Shown piece after piece: positions 1 through 13,487 of a stretch of DNA of 64,000 nt. The position numbers and the translations under genes were made by a program. Origin of the DNA: Callorhinchus milii (taxonomy: Eukaryota); NCBI RefSeq assembly GCF_018977255.1, contig NW_024704742.1, forward strand, positions 84,136,001-84,200,000, written 5' to 3'. A model generated the notes under the pieces. That model did no database searches. It saw only the letters and a list, made by a program, of their open reading frames with translations, and had not been told where the DNA came from. How positions within the stretch are numbered: position 1 is the stretch's first letter; the number at the start of each line of letters is the position of its first letter.

Positions 1-3000
1 TGTGTTTCACAGGAGTGGCACCTTTGGGAGAGAAAAATGTGTGGGGATAAAATTGATGAGAAAATTTGTTACCTAAGGTATTGGTTTAAGGTATACAATC
101 ATTGCATCACATTAGCTGAACGTGCATTCTGAAATTGGCTAAATTGCCATCGACATGTATAGTCCTTATTAGACTGAACCACAGAATTTGTAATTAAATT
201 AACAATGAATTATCTCTTTTCCCCTAGTAACTAGCATTATTCATCTGGAAATATATGTATGATATATACATGACCTCAGTTTCTGTGGAAACACTTAACC
301 CTCCGCAGCCATTCAATGGAATTGCCAATCACACAAACTATTGTGAAATAAAAAACAACTAGACAAATGCAAATTCAGAGTCGTATAACCATCCTTCTAT
401 ATTTCCAGGTAAAAGAACATTGTACTATAGCCCGGAAAATGAGAATCTATGAGAACTCATTTAATAAAACAGTCTGATGCTGTAATGAGTAAATAATAGA
501 GGTGCTATTCTAAAAGGAAGGAATCAAGGAAGAGATGATGCAACTTTGTCAACTAAACCTCTTAGGAACTGTACCACCAAGGCAACTGTCAACATTTTAG
601 TAGTGAACATAATAAAATTTCAACACGTACTGTCTTTACCAGCATTTGGAAAAAGTTTTATTGATTTTTTTTGTGAATTAATCACACCTGGTTCTTCTCT
701 TTTCCCAAACCAAAATGGATTTGTCAAATGGTTCATGAAATCTGTGGCACCTTCTGAAATGGGCGAATGATTGTAAGAATGCTGTGTATGTCTGGAGCAT
801 TTGGCAGGCTCCCTCTGTATCACAGTTCTCATCTACGTGCATCAGTAAAAGCTATTCCTGCTAAGAGCTAACAGGTTCAGTGTCTGTTACATAATCCTAC
901 CCATGGCTGATGCAAATCTCCACTCCAGTTTCTATGGGAAAGGAAAACTCAGTGCATGTGCCAGGCTGATAATTTAATATTTCCTTGATTCATGAATTGA
1001 TTTCATGGAGCTTTCATAAGTCCTGAGAGGTTCAGTTTAGGCTATGAAGCACTTTTTCCAATGCACAGAAGATATAACAACAACAACATCTATATAGCGC
1101 CTTTCACACAGGGTAGCTTTCACAAAAGACACTTCGGCCCCTTCAACTTACGTGTTATATGTATTAAACTGACACTTCTATGTAATTCAGGTGCTACCTC
1201 CTGCTAGCAGAAACAGCCTTTTATAGCCTTGGGAGGTCTTGCAAATTGTGAGGAGAAGGGAAGGGAAGATTGAAAGAGTGGATTAAATGCATGAGGGACA
1301 CCAGTCTGAGTAACAAAACAGTGGCACCTGACACTTTGTGTGTTTGTGACTTGTTTTGAAAAAAATTTAATTTGCTCCACAATTTTTCACAAAGGTAAAG
1401 GGTAATATATCAATACAACTCAATAAATATGACACCAATACACACAGTATACTGAGGAGCAGGAGGACTTCTAAAGTTCTCTCATTTTCTTCTCCAATGA
1501 TATAATCGTAAATCCAAACTTTTCAGTGATTCCACAGTGAAATAAATAATAATCCTTGCATTTGATATAGCACCTTTCATGTCAGGAGGCTATCTCGAAG
1601 CACTTCACATTACTGCAAAATGCAGCAATTGCGTATTTTGTAGGCAAACATGGCAGCCAATTTGTGCACAGCATTGTCCCACAAATAGTCATGAAAATGA
1701 ATTGAGGATTGTTGACCAGGACACCAGGAGAAACTCCATTCTCTTTCCAAATAGTGCCTTGGGTTCTTTAACGTCTATCTGAATAAGCAGACATTTAATG
1801 TCTTATTGAAGGACAAGTTTACTCCATTGACTGCAAGCTCAAAGCACAAAATTACACATCATTCGTTCATAAGTGGTACTCACTAAATTGATAGAATACT
1901 TAAGGCCTGACATCTGACTACTGTGGTTATAGATGTGTCTTTTTGGTATAGTAAGGGGTGTGCCTATATGTTGGGTTCATTTGCAATGTCAAGTCAGAAC
2001 AGAGAGATCACAACCTATACCTAAGCCATGCTACACTTAACCTTGGAGCAACAGCCAGAAATACATGCCCTTTGCTGAACCAACCTGTGCTGATGGACGC
2101 AATAAGCTCACTTCCCCCAAAAATTCAGTAGACTGGTTCTCATCTAATTCACATGTTGTCTTAACAACCCTGGAGCAAAATTCAGGTGATGTTGTCAGAT
2201 TAACCATGCTTGTTAACCCAACCTGTAAATTAGACCCCAAATTATCTTCCAATAAAATGCATTTAAGTGCGAATCAGAATCACTATATTGTTTTTTTATC
2301 AGCCAGGTGTCTGACACATGTAGAAACCCATCACCGTAGTTAAGGGTATTCAAACCAAACTGAGAGTCACACATATGTATGCCACCTACACATGGAAACT
2401 TCCCTTCTCTGTGTCTGGAATGGAACACACCCTCTTTACCTAATTCTAGAGAGTATTAAACACAGTTTGGTGAGATCCAGGGCTTGGGGACCCCAGACTG
2501 TATGTTGCAGAACTGCTGGAGTTTAAGCTAAAAAAACATACAGTTTGCCAATTAAAGGACTGTCTGGACATCTTCCTGATGCTTGTCCAATTTAGAACCA
2601 CCCAACCCATTACAGCTGTGATTTGCAGGGTTAACAGCAACTGATTGGGAATAATAATCCTTCCATTTGATATAGCGCTTTATCATGGCTTCAAGGCATC
2701 TCAAAGTACTTTACAGAATATACTGTGAAGTGAATTGACTGTATATTTTGTGGGCAAACATATACAATCTGCCCCTGGGTCGTGCTGATGAGCCAGGCTG
2801 GCTGTCCTGTCTTGAGCACTGCCTGGAGTACCCTACTGTACATATCCCTGCCTCAGGGCTGGACTACCAAAACCACCAGACAATTGACTCAATTCCAACC
2901 TTTTGTTGCCAAACACATTGCCTTGGAGTAAACTTAGCGCTTAAGTGGACCCATGCTTACCTCCTCTTAAAGGAGGATAGTTCACTATGTATTGATACTG

Positions 3001-3039
3001 TTTTATGTCTCTGTATTGCATTGACATGTCAGGGAATGC

Positions 3040-3350
3040 CCTTATAGAGTTTGGAAATAGAAGTTGGAAATATGAGTTAAATGGAAAAGTTCTAGAGGGA
3101 ACAGATGAATAAAAGGCCCAAGAGTGCCAGTAAATAAATCATAAAAGAAATTAGTTTACAGCTGCAAAGTGATTTGCAAGGCAAATGAGATCCTCGGAAT
3201 TCATAGCTAAAGGCAAGGGGTTTGAAAGCATGGAAGTACTGTTGCGGCTGTATAAGGCACTTGTGAGACCACACCTAGAGTTTTGTGGTCAATTTAGGAT
3301 ACTTCAATACAGAAAAATTACATTGGTTTTAGTGACAGAGTAGGATAGAG
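3040..3350 (+). mobile_element. CR1-type LINE fragment (ORF2 C-terminal region)
   Basis: ctgtataaggcacttgtgagaccacacctagagttttgt encodes LYKALVRPHLEFC, resembling the CR1 motif LY.LVRPHLEYC. Apparent continuation at ~3855-3925 and ~5825-5950. Confidence 0.75.
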
Positions 3351-3435
3351 GTGGGAAGCTTAAGTGTAGTGGAACCCATACAGGTCTATTATCATTTCAA
3401 TCATCTTTGGCTCAGTTTTTAAACTTTGATCAGTT

Positions 3436-3801
3436 AATAATAATAATAATCCTTGCATTTGATATAACACTTTTCACGTCTTCTAGACGTCTCAAAGCGC
3501 TTCACAGAATAGACTGTAAAGTGAATTGACTCTATATTTTGTGGGTGAAATGCGACAGGCAAATGCGCACAGCAGTGTCCCACAAACAGTCATGGATTGA
3601 AGTGACCAATTTATTATTTGTTTAAGGAATTATTACCCCTGGAAAAGTGATCCGCTAATCAACTACCCAACGGGTTCCCACGTACTGTTAGGTAAAAAGA
3701 GGTAAGTAAGGAAACTTGCTCAACATTTCAACCTGCCAGGAATCAAACCCAGGTCTTTCGCTTGCAAGGTGAATGTTCTAACCACTGAGCTACAGGACTC
3801 C
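3436..3801 (-). mobile_element. tRNA-derived SINE type A, full length
   Basis: Minus strand begins ggagtcctgtagctcagtggttaga (A box) ... ggtttgattcc (B box) and ends in the L2-like stem-loop and (ATT)n. Confidence 0.88.
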
Positions 3802-3927
3802 AGAATGACCTTACAATTAGGGCAAAATTGGTTAGGAAGGAGGCAAATACTAATACGAATTTGGAATGTATTGCCTCAGGAAACCACAGATAGGAAATCA
3901 ATTCAGGGATTCAAGAATGAGTCCTGT

Positions 3928-5450
3928 ACAACAACAACAACAAGATTCCATTTATAGAGCGCCTTTCACATCGGGAGGACGTCCCAAGGAGCTGTACAGT
4001 TGGGTCGGGACCCGAGCAGGGGGGAAATGCTCAGGGTGAGGGGAGGGAAGGGAGGGAGCGAGGAGGGGGTAGAGAGTCGAGAGGGGAGCTGAAGGCACGG
4101 TCAAAGAGAAAGGTCTTGAGACCGGCCTTGAAGGAGGAAAGAGAGGAGGCGGCGAAGGCATTGGGGAATAGAGTTCCAGAGCCTTGGGGCTGAGAGGCTG
4201 AAGGCCCGGCCACCGATGGTAGGGTGGTTGGGGCGGGGGATGTGGAGCAGACCGGAGCCAGAGGAACGGAGGGTACGGGCAGGTAGGTAGGGGGATAGTA
4301 GGTCGGAGAGGTAGGAGGGAGCAAGGCCGTGAATGGCCTTGTAGGTGAGGATGAGGATCTTGAATTCGATCCTCTGGGGGATGGGGAGCCAGTGGAGGCG
4401 AGCGAGGGTGGGAGTGATGTGGTCCCGAAGCCTGGTGCGGGACAGTACACGAGCTGCAGAGTTCTGAATGACCTGCAGCTTGTGGAGGGAGGTGGCGGGA
4501 AGGCCGGCGAGGAGAGAGTTCCCATAGTCCAGCCTTGAGGTGATAAAGACGTGACCAGGTTTCAGCAGCGTGAGGGGTGAGGTAGTGCCGTAGTCTGGCG
4601 ATATTCCGGAGGTGATGGAAGGCGGTGCCAGTTGTGGTGCGGATATGAGGGAGAAAGGACAGCTCAGGGTCGAACAGAACGCCGAGGTTCCTGAGTGGCT
4701 TTGAGAGGTGGAGAGTGCAGCCTTGGATGCTGATGCTGTCGGCGCCTGAAGTGTGGAAGCGCTGACGCGAACCAATCAGGAGGGCCTCAGTTTTACGCAC
4801 GTTGAGCTGAAGAAAGTTGTCTCTCGTCCAGGACTCGATGTCGGACAGGCAGCTGTCAGGACATCGGTGGTCGTGGAGTTGAGGGTAGAGGAGGAAAGGT
4901 AGAGTTGGGTGTCATCCGCATACATGTGGAAGTTAACCCCATGTCTGCGGATGATGTCACCAAGGGGGAGCGTATAGAGGGTGAAGAGGAGGGGACCGAG
5001 GACAGAGCCCTGAGGGACACCACACGAGACAGTGCGGGGGTGGAGGAAAAACCATTTGTGGAGACAAAGTGAAGACAGTGGGAGAGGTACGACCTAAACC
5101 ACTCAAGGACAGGGCCTTGAAGGTTTAGGTGGGAGGACAAGCGGTGGAGGAGGATAGCGTGGTCGACCGTATCGAATGCTGCCGATAGGTCGAGGAGGAC
5201 GAGGAGGCAGAGGGAGCCCTGGTCACAGATGGTCAGGATGTCATTGGTGACCTTGACCAGGGCAGTTTCTGTGCTATGGGCAGCACGGAAACCCGACTGA
5301 AGGGGTTCGAAAAATGGGGTGGAGAGGAAAGAGCGCAGCTGGGAGGCGACAACTCTTTCCAGGACCTTGGACAGGAAGGGGAGGTTGGAGATGGGCCGGT
5401 AGCTTGATAGCTGCGATGCATCAAGGGAGGGTTTTTTCAAGGTGGGAATG
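3928..5450 (-). mobile_element. 5'-truncated L2-clade LINE, RT domain plus 3'UTR, frameshifted (copy B ~50278-51757)
   Basis: [74 protein letters not shown] motifs. (TTG)n tail. CpG-rich, so relatively young. Confidence 0.93.
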
Positions 5451-5454
5451 ATGT

Positions 5455-5817
5455 AGGGTATTGGTTAGAGCTCTCGCCTCGCAAGCGAAAGGACCCGGGT
5501 TCGATTCCCGGGCGGGGTGAAACCTTAGGCAAGTTTCCTTATTCCACACACCTCTGTTTACCAAGCAGTAAGTAAGAACCCAGTTATTAGTCGGTAGGTG
5601 GATTGCTTTCCAGGGATAATAATCCCTTTATAAATAAATGAAAATAATAATTTGGTCACTCAATCCATGACTGTTTGTGGGACACAACTGTGTTTCAAAC
5701 GCTGCCGCGTTTCATCCACAAATTATTCAGTCAATTCACTTTACACTATATTTTGTTTCTACAACATGATAAGACACTATACCAATGCAAGGATTATTGT
5801 TATTATTTGTTATTATT
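5455..5817 (+). mobile_element. tRNA-derived SINE type A
   Basis: tggttagagc...cgcaagcgaaaggacccgggttcgattcccgg (tRNA-like head), ctctgtttaccaagcagtaagt core, aatgcaaggattattg tail. Confidence 0.88.
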
Positions 5818-8139
5818 AACGATACTTTAGAAATATGGCCTAGTGGCAGGGAAGTGGGGTCAGCGGAAACAATAGTACGTAATGCTTTACGGTGCAGTGG
5901 ATTCCATGAGCCAATGGCATGTTTCTGTTCCTACCTTATTATGTTCCTATGACCCTACATCTGCATTGGAAATGTAAAAAGGTATCAGTAACAAAGAAAG
6001 ACTGTAAAGTACATAACAAGCTGAAATACTTTTACAATACATAACAGCAGGGAGTAATATCTTTGTTGAATGTGCCACTAATGAAAAAATCTTTAAGGTT
6101 GACTGAATCCTGCCAGAATCCTTTGAGTGTAGTACAGCTCGTAACTCACTCGTTTATTTTACCAATGTTGTTTACTTCTTGTTATTGTTGTTAACTTAAT
6201 GAAATAGACTTGCTAATATTTATTTATATTTTTGCAAACAATTCTTAAAATGGTACCACTAAATAACCTGTGAAAAGCATGAATGTTCACTGTAGCAGTA
6301 AATGAGATCAATAACAGCTGAAACTTTGGAAAATTTTGTCTTTTAACCAAAAACGCATGAAGTGTAAATGAGCCAACATTGGACATTTAATAGGATTTTC
6401 TTCCTTGGAGCAAAATTTGTCACCTTACGTTTAATGAGAGGAAAGGCAAAAGTATGGAAACAGGTCGTTAGAAACAGAGTGTTGCATACAGTAGGGCATC
6501 TGCTGGAAATATCACATAAAATGCAGCTATTTCTTCAGGTTTGTTCGGTGATGGGTAATGATCAGTCTCTCTCGGATCAGCTGATTTGTCTTTGCTTTTA
6601 CTGTCCAGTGCTGTGGGATTTATTTTATCACACTATGTCCACACTGAGTATCGATTGCTTTCTGGAGCATTTTCAGAATTGGAGCTGTGTTCCTGGGTTT
6701 CTGCCTTGCACACTGATATGCAATCTATTGATGGAGAAGATGGAGCCAGCTCTCAAAGGAGCACTGCTGAATGACAGGATGCAGAACAACAGCAGCTGTT
6801 ACCAACATTCCTCTCTGATTTTCTGCATGAATATGGATTTATCAGTTGAATCTAAAACTAGTCTTGAGAGTGCTTCTTTTCACTATGCCATTGCTCTATG
6901 TACTGCTACAAATTTAGGTGTGGTTAAATCTGATGCCAAACTGACTCAGAGGCAAGAGTGAGGTCAGTTGAGACCTTGCCAACCTGAATAATACAACCTT
7001 AGTCCCAGTTTTCAGCTGCACAAGTTATGAGACTAGGAGTGCACATAAAACATGAATGACATAAACCAGCAGGTGACAACTCTAAGGTCAAAGATAATGA
7101 TTCTTTCAGAGCCAGGAATGCAAAGCAAGTTGAGCAACGCTCTGAGCCAGTGCAAAGCAATTTGCATTTGAGTGATAAGAGTAATTGCTGGTCAGGGCAA
7201 TAATTGAAAACATTGGTCGAATCATAGCCACCTGAAGATTAAAATCAAAGCTTCAATATCAAATCAGCAGAATGTTGGAAACCCAATGAGAGAGCCCCAC
7301 TCTGGCCCCTGATGCTCAGAAGAAGCCTTGGTTCCAACCTATGGAATAAACAGCACTGGAGAAACAATATTACTGGAGCGTACCTAATAAACAAGTTTTA
7401 ATGACTCAAATAATTTGAAACACAAGTGCTTTAGATCAAATCTGATTCATGGACTCAAATGGGATAGAGCAACTGACAGAGGCATAATCAAACCCGCTGC
7501 TCTCAAATCTCTTGCAGTTTTTCATTATTTACATAAACAGAGAAATATATGAAGCACATGTTATTTTCGCAGGACCAAAACACAACCCAACACACACTCT
7601 GAGGTCCCCAAGCCGTGGCTCTTGCCAACCTGCGCCTATTACTTTCCGTTATTGGGTAAACAGGATGCATCTCTCCAGGGAGAGAGTGCGCATTCCATTC
7701 CAACAATCTATCTCTGGAATTTCCATGTGTAGGTGGGATACATGGAAATCAGAGCTTGGTTTGGATACTCTTAAGCATAGTGATGGGTTTACGTATGAGT
7801 CAGACAAATGGCTGACCAAATAAAAAATTAACAGAGAAAATAAGAGAATATTGTAATCAAAGCAGCCCTCAACAGGTGCAAAACATTTTATCACAAGAGA
7901 TATTGCATCATATCGATCTGAATATGCCTTTGAAGTTCAGAAGATGAAAAGTATACAATATAATCTCTCCTGCAATAAAGTATATTGCCACACTCATAGC
8001 AGTGAGAGGTTACTTTGCCAACTGATGAGCAAGTTTATTTTTGTTTGAGCCGATCTGGGACGAAAATATTTGTAGGGAACAGAAGTTGTCGGAAAGACCG
8101 GAAACTAACTGCTCTGACACTGTTCTGTCACTTAGTTGA

Positions 8140-9519
8140 CAATCAACAACAACTTGCATTCACATAGCGCCCTCCACACTAGGCGGTGTCCCAGAGCACT
8201 TAACAATGGTGGAGCCCGATGCCGAGCCAGGGGGAGGTGACCATGGATAGGTCGAAGAGGAAGGTCCTCAGGCGCAACCTGAAAATTTGGAAAGGGAGGA
8301 CAAGGCAAAGGGATTGAGGGAGGGAGTTCCATAGCTTCGGGGCATAGTGGCTGAAGGCGCGGCCGCTGATGGTGGAGGATTCATAGGAACAAGGAGCAGG
8401 TCGGAGCCAATAGATCGGTGGCAATGGGTACTGCTGTGGGGAGAAATGAGATTGGAGAGATAGGGGGGGTGCCAAAGCGTGGAGGAATTTAAACACTAGA
8501 GTGAGGTTCTTGAATTTGATCTGTTCTGTGACAGGGAGCCAGTGGAGTTTGACAAGGACTGGAGTAATCAGGGTGTGGAGTTTGGTACGGGTGAGAATGT
8601 GGGCGGCGGAGTTTTGGATGAGTTGAATTTTGTGAATAGTGAAAGAGGGGAGATTGGCAAGGAGGACATTAAAGTAGTCCAGCTGAGAGGTGATGAAGAT
8701 GTGGACAAGCGTTTTGGCAGCTTGTGAAATGAGGTATTGTCGGAGATGGGCAACGTGGCGGAGGTGGAGGAAAGTGGTCCCGATCAGGGACAGGGTGTGG
8801 GCGAGGTAGGATAATTGGGGATTGAATCTGATGCCTAAATTGCGCACAGGTTCAGAGAGTTTTAAGGACAGATTGGGTAGGTTGAGGAGGTCTAAACTGC
8901 AGGAATAAGACATCGACGGGAGCCAAAGTCTATGGATTCCGTCTTGTTGATGTTTTAACTGCAAGAAGTTTGCACTCAACCAGGCCTTGATGTCAGTCAG
9001 ACAAGCTGACAGAACACAATTGGAGGAGGAGAAGTACAGTTGAGTATCACCCGTATACATGTGGAAGTTAACCCAGAGTCTGTGGATGACATCTCTGAGA
9101 GGGAGCATATAGATAAGAAAGAGAAGGGGGTCAAGGATAGAGCCTTGGGGTACCCCACGGGTGACTGGGTGGAAGAGAGAAGAAAAAACATTTGCGGATA
9201 TGTCGTGTTGGCGGTTTGTAAAATAGGACTCAAACCAAGAGAATGAGGTCTCACTGAGGTGGATAATGGAGGACAGACGGTGGAGGAGGATAGCGTGATC
9301 GACTGTGTCGAATGCAGCAGAGAGGTCCAGATAGAGCGGACATCGTTTGTGATTTTCACGAGCGCTATCTCTGTACCGTGAGCAGAGCGGAAACTGGGGG
9401 AGCTGGATGATCAGCAGCTGGTGGGGAGGGGATTGAGATAGCCGGCGGTGGGTTCATCAGGGTGATGGAGGATGAGAGGGAGGAAGGAGAGATGGGAAGG
9501 AGGAAGGATAGGAGCAAAG

Positions 9520-9550
<31 letters not shown>

Positions 9551-11400
9551 CCTTGCATTTGATATAGCGCTTTTCACGTCGGGAGGACGTCCCAAAGCGC
9601 TTCACAGAACACACTGTAAAGTGAATTGACTGTACATTTGTGGGCGAATGCGGCAGCCAATTGCGCACAGCAATGTCCCACAAACAGTCGTAGATTGAAA
9701 ATGACCAATTTATTATTGTTTTTGGTTTTGAAGGGATTATTATTAGGCGTGTGGAGTAAGGAAAATTGCCCAAGGTTTCGCGCTGCCTGGAATTGAACTC
9801 AGGTCTCTCACTTGCAAAGTGAGTGCTCTAACCACTGAGCTACAGGACTCCTGTAAGATGGGGGCCGTGGTAGGAGCTGGGGTGGGGGGTAGGGGGTGAT
9901 GAATGAGACAGAAATGAGGGGTTGGTAGGGGACAAGGGACAGGAGGATGAGGCTGCCGGGCTGATGTTTTCTATTTTATGGGTAAGGAAGTCCATGATCT
10001 CTTCACACTTGGCGACTGATGTAATGATTGAGAGTGCTTGAGGAGGCTCACAGAGGAGGGGGTGGGTGGTGGAGAATAGGATTTGGGAGTTATTTTTGGC
10101 CTCCAGAATGATCTTTGAATGATACAGTTTTTGGTTGTGAGAGGGAGCAGTGGCAGGTACGAAGGTGCTCGAGCCAAAGCTGGTGGTGAACCGTGAGGCT
10201 GGTTTTCTGCCACCTGTGCTCGAGCAACCGGGTTTGTGATTTTAGGGAGCGGAGATGGCTGTTGTACCAGCGGGAGTGGGTGGGTTTGGAGACAGCCCTG
10301 GATTTCAGGGGGACAAGAGAGTTGAAAGTGGAGGAGAGGGGATCATGGAGCAGCTTGACAGCTGCATCAGGGTAACTGCGGGTGGAAGAGGGAGAGGAGG
10401 TCTGAGGCATTTGTGAGGGATTCAGGGGGAAGCCTTTTCCATGGGCGAAAAAGGATGGTGGAGGGCTTGATGCAGAGGAAAGGGATGCGAGAGGAGAGGG
10501 AGATGAGTAAATGGTCTGAGATGGCCTTGTCTATGATGGACAGACCACAGATATTTAAGCCGTGGATGAAAACAAGGTCTAGGTGGTCGTTACGGTTGTG
10601 GGTCGGGGAGTTTATATGGAGGTTGAGATTTAGATGGAGAGGAATGCAGTGAAGTCAGCGTAAGTGGGGCACGAGGAGTTGAGATGAAGGTTGAAGTCGC
10701 CCATGATGACCAGGCATTCAGTGCAGAGGGATGGGGATGAGAGGAGATGTCCGTGAGGAAGGAGCCAAGAGGTTTGGGGGAGTGGTACATAAGGAGGATT
10801 CTTAAGGAGAGTGAGGAGGGATGGTGGAGGGTGAGGTGCTTGAAAGAGAGGAAACAGCCAGAGGAATAGAGGTATAGGTTAAGAAAGGTTTGGGATACGA
10901 GAGCCACCCCACCATCGTGATGGTTGGGGGGTGTGGTGGAATGTATAGCCGGGGGAATTGGGAGGCTTCGGCGAATGGGATGGGGTTGCCTGGGGACAGC
11001 TAGATTACTGTGAGCCCTAGGCTGTCAATATGCTCATCCAGCATCAGGTCGTGGATGGCCAGGGTTTTGTTTGAGAGGGAGCGGACGTTTTGGAGGGTGA
11101 TGCGGGTGGGAGTGCTGATGGGATTGGATGCTGGAGGGAAGGGTTTGGGGGGTTTCAGATTGTGGAGGGAGAATGACTGTGGGGTTTGAGGAGGGAGGAG
11201 AGTTGTGAAGGGTGCAGATGTGGATGAGGGAAGGTTGTGGGTCCTGTGCGGTTTAAAAAACGGCGTGTGGAAATGACGTCATGCAGGGGTTGGTTTAAGT
11301 GGGAGGTTTGAAATGGCCGTCTCTGTGCCCAGCCCGACCGCAAAAGACAACTTCCCGCTCGGTTTCCCGAGGCCCCGCTGCTCGCTGATTCACGACTGTG
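8140..11400 (-). mobile_element. Long decayed L2-clade LINE with APE endonuclease and RT remnants, interrupted by a SINE (copy B ~54445-57690)
   Basis: LQNVRSLSNKTLAIHDLMLDEHIDSLGLT and LDLVF..SDHLLI (APE); [41 protein letters not shown] (RT and C-terminus). Many frameshifts. TTG-type tail at ~8145. Confidence 0.9.
9522..9851 (-). mobile_element. Young SINE type A inserted in the L2 element
   Basis: Long pure (AAT)n tail, intact stem-loop gcgcttttcacgtcgggaggacgtcccaaagcgc, tRNA head ending ...ctacaggactcc. Confidence 0.9.
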
Positions 11401-11699
11401 GCAATCAGCCTGAGGCAGTACTGGGAGAACATTTACAGCTTTGAGTTTCCATAGTTAAATAACTGTCAAAGTGAATGTAGGTCTAGGTGTATTTCTCAAG
11501 CGAAAAGTCCAGAATTTGTTTTAATGACCTTTCTTCTAATGATGTTTTTATTGTGCTTCTATGAAATTTTGCACAGTAAAACTTGCTTATACCAGACACA
11601 CGATCAATAGAGAGGTTTGATGAAGAAGGCTCTTTGATCCATTTGACCCTGTTAATCCTGCAAGCCAAGCACTAATGGGTAGGGTGGTCTTAGCTGGAC

Positions 11700-12010
11700 A
11701 AGCAGCGGGAAAGCTTGCCAGTCAGTGCCATCAGTGGCAAGTTATGCGGTTTTAGCTGGTTAGACTCCAGCAGTACCCCAACACACACTCTGGGGTCCCC
11801 AAGCCTTGGCTCTTGCCAACCTGCATCTAATACTTTCCAGAATTATGTAAGCAGGATGGGTCCCTCCAGGGAGAGAGTGCATATTCCATTCCAACAATCT
11901 CTCTCTGGGATTTCCATGTGTAGGTGGGATGCATGGAAATCTCAGCTTGGTTTGGATATTCTTAAACATAGTGATGGGTTTCCACATGTGTTAGGCTGAG
12001 CCCCCAAAAA
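11700..12010 (+). repeat. Unclassified A-tailed interspersed repeat, longest copy
   Basis: ggggtccccaagccttggctcttgccaacc...ttggtttggata.tcttaagcat recurs at ~2290-2535(-), 7590-7828(+), 15745-15880(-), 25960-26181(+), 27545-27615(-), 29137-29600(+, split by a SINE) and 38708-38900(-). Confidence 0.85.
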
Positions 12011-12274
12011 TCTATTTAATATTCTCCTTCGAGAACACCCGCCCTAACATCCTTCCATTCTTTCACAACATCAAGCTGTTCCTTAAATGAGAGAATGTCC
12101 CGGCCTTAACCGCCCTTACCAGACTTTAAAGAAAAGGAAGCTTCTCTCGGGATAATGGCAAGCAATCCCCCAAAGGAAAAAAGGTAATTAACTTCGTGAA
12201 TGTTTGTGGGACATTGCTTTGTGCAGGGTTTTGAGAATTTTCAATACAATAAGGGGTTATAAGAATGCAAGTCC

Positions 12275-12575
12275 TTTCCTTTTGAGATGTTAAACTGAGG
12301 TGCCTCTACCTGTTCAGGTGGATGTTAAAGATCCCATGGCATTAATTGAAAAGAGAAGGAAGTTTCTCCAGGTGTCCTGGCCAACAAATCCTTCAAATAA
12401 AATTGGTCATTCACTTCAGGGCTGTTTGTGGGACACTACTGTATTGTTGTGTTTCACCCACAAAACACAGTCAAACGACTTAATAATATATCCTCTGAAG
12501 CACTTTGAAACGTCTCAACGACGTGATAAGGCTCTTTATCAAATGCAATGATTAGTATTTTATTATTATTATTAT
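12275..12575 (+). mobile_element. SINE type B 3' part
   Basis: gagatgttaaactgagg...cctgttcaggtggatgttaaagatcccatggca. Similar partial copies at ~1545-1815(-), 18010-18290(+), 34885-35230(-), 37040-37345(-), 41895-42175(-), 45870-46230(-), 48912-49146(-). Confidence 0.75.
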
Positions 12576-13487
12576 AGCCAGTCAGAGGTTAGTCATATAA
12601 TTTAATGAACAAACTTAAGAAAATTGATAAATTGGTTTTCTGTTTATATTGGAGCAGGCAGGCAGCTATTGAACTGATAGTAATAGAGTCCAGCCAGGTT
12701 GTTGAAACAAGCATCTTTAATCTCGTAAAGACAAACAATGTGCCTACATAAAAAGATGGACAGAAATAGTTTTGAAAAGCAAATGTTTATTTAAGTATTT
12801 TAATTCAACTTATTTTACTAGGTGGAATTGATATTACAATAATAGACCTGCATTTCATATTAGTGTAATGTGTCACTGTAATATAGAAGTGTATAAAACA
12901 GGAAAACAACAACACGAATAACAACAACAAATTACATTCGTATGGTGCCTTTCATGTCGGGAGGACGTCCCAAGGCACTGAGGCAAACAAATGGGCTAAA
13001 TGGATCCTTTCTTCAAAGAGTCAGCACAATGGGCTGAAAGGTCTATTTCCCCTGGTATAAACAAGTAAATTCCTGTAATTCTAACATTTATTTGTTTCAA
13101 TGTCATAATCCCACAAGTGGCCAGCCCACAGAGGGGTTATTTACTGAGAGCGACTATCAGTCTGAGGGTTTTGAAACAAAATAAAAAACAGACATCTTTT
13201 TAAAATTAACCTCTTTCAAATATCCAGCATTTTTCTGCTTTTGATTTCAGATTCCCAGCTTGCATGTTTTTTTTCTTTTGATCTCAAACAATGGGTGAAC
13301 ATGAGGCTCAAAGCATTGTACTAATGTCTGCACGAAATTTCCCTTTATCCCATGTGTGGTGCTCGTGAGCGGTTTAGTTACTCCCTCATGGAACAATTTG
13401 TGTGTTCAACATACAGACCATGACTGGTAAAAAACGTTCTGCCTTTGAAAGCAATAAAATGACCATTCACTATATAAAGATCCTACA

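Noticed and set aside
1..1500. Possible 3' end of a neighbouring gene such as LPAR1 (MUSK neighbour in mammals)
   Set aside because: No GPCR-like coding sequence seen; AT-rich sequence with an AATAAA alone is insufficient.
5455..5515. tRNA gene-like sequence (also 21445, 30080, 43180-43250)
   Set aside because: These are SINE heads continuing into SINE body and tail, without a proper acceptor stem.
6368..6961. 197-aa ORF on +
   Set aside because: No recognisable domain or splice structure, and frameshifted in copy B. Treated as chance, although copy B indels may be errors.
9522..9610. CRISPR-like or terminator-like recurring palindromic repeat
   Set aside because: Dispersed SINE/LINE 3' stem-loops in eukaryotic DNA, with no regular spacers and no cas genes.
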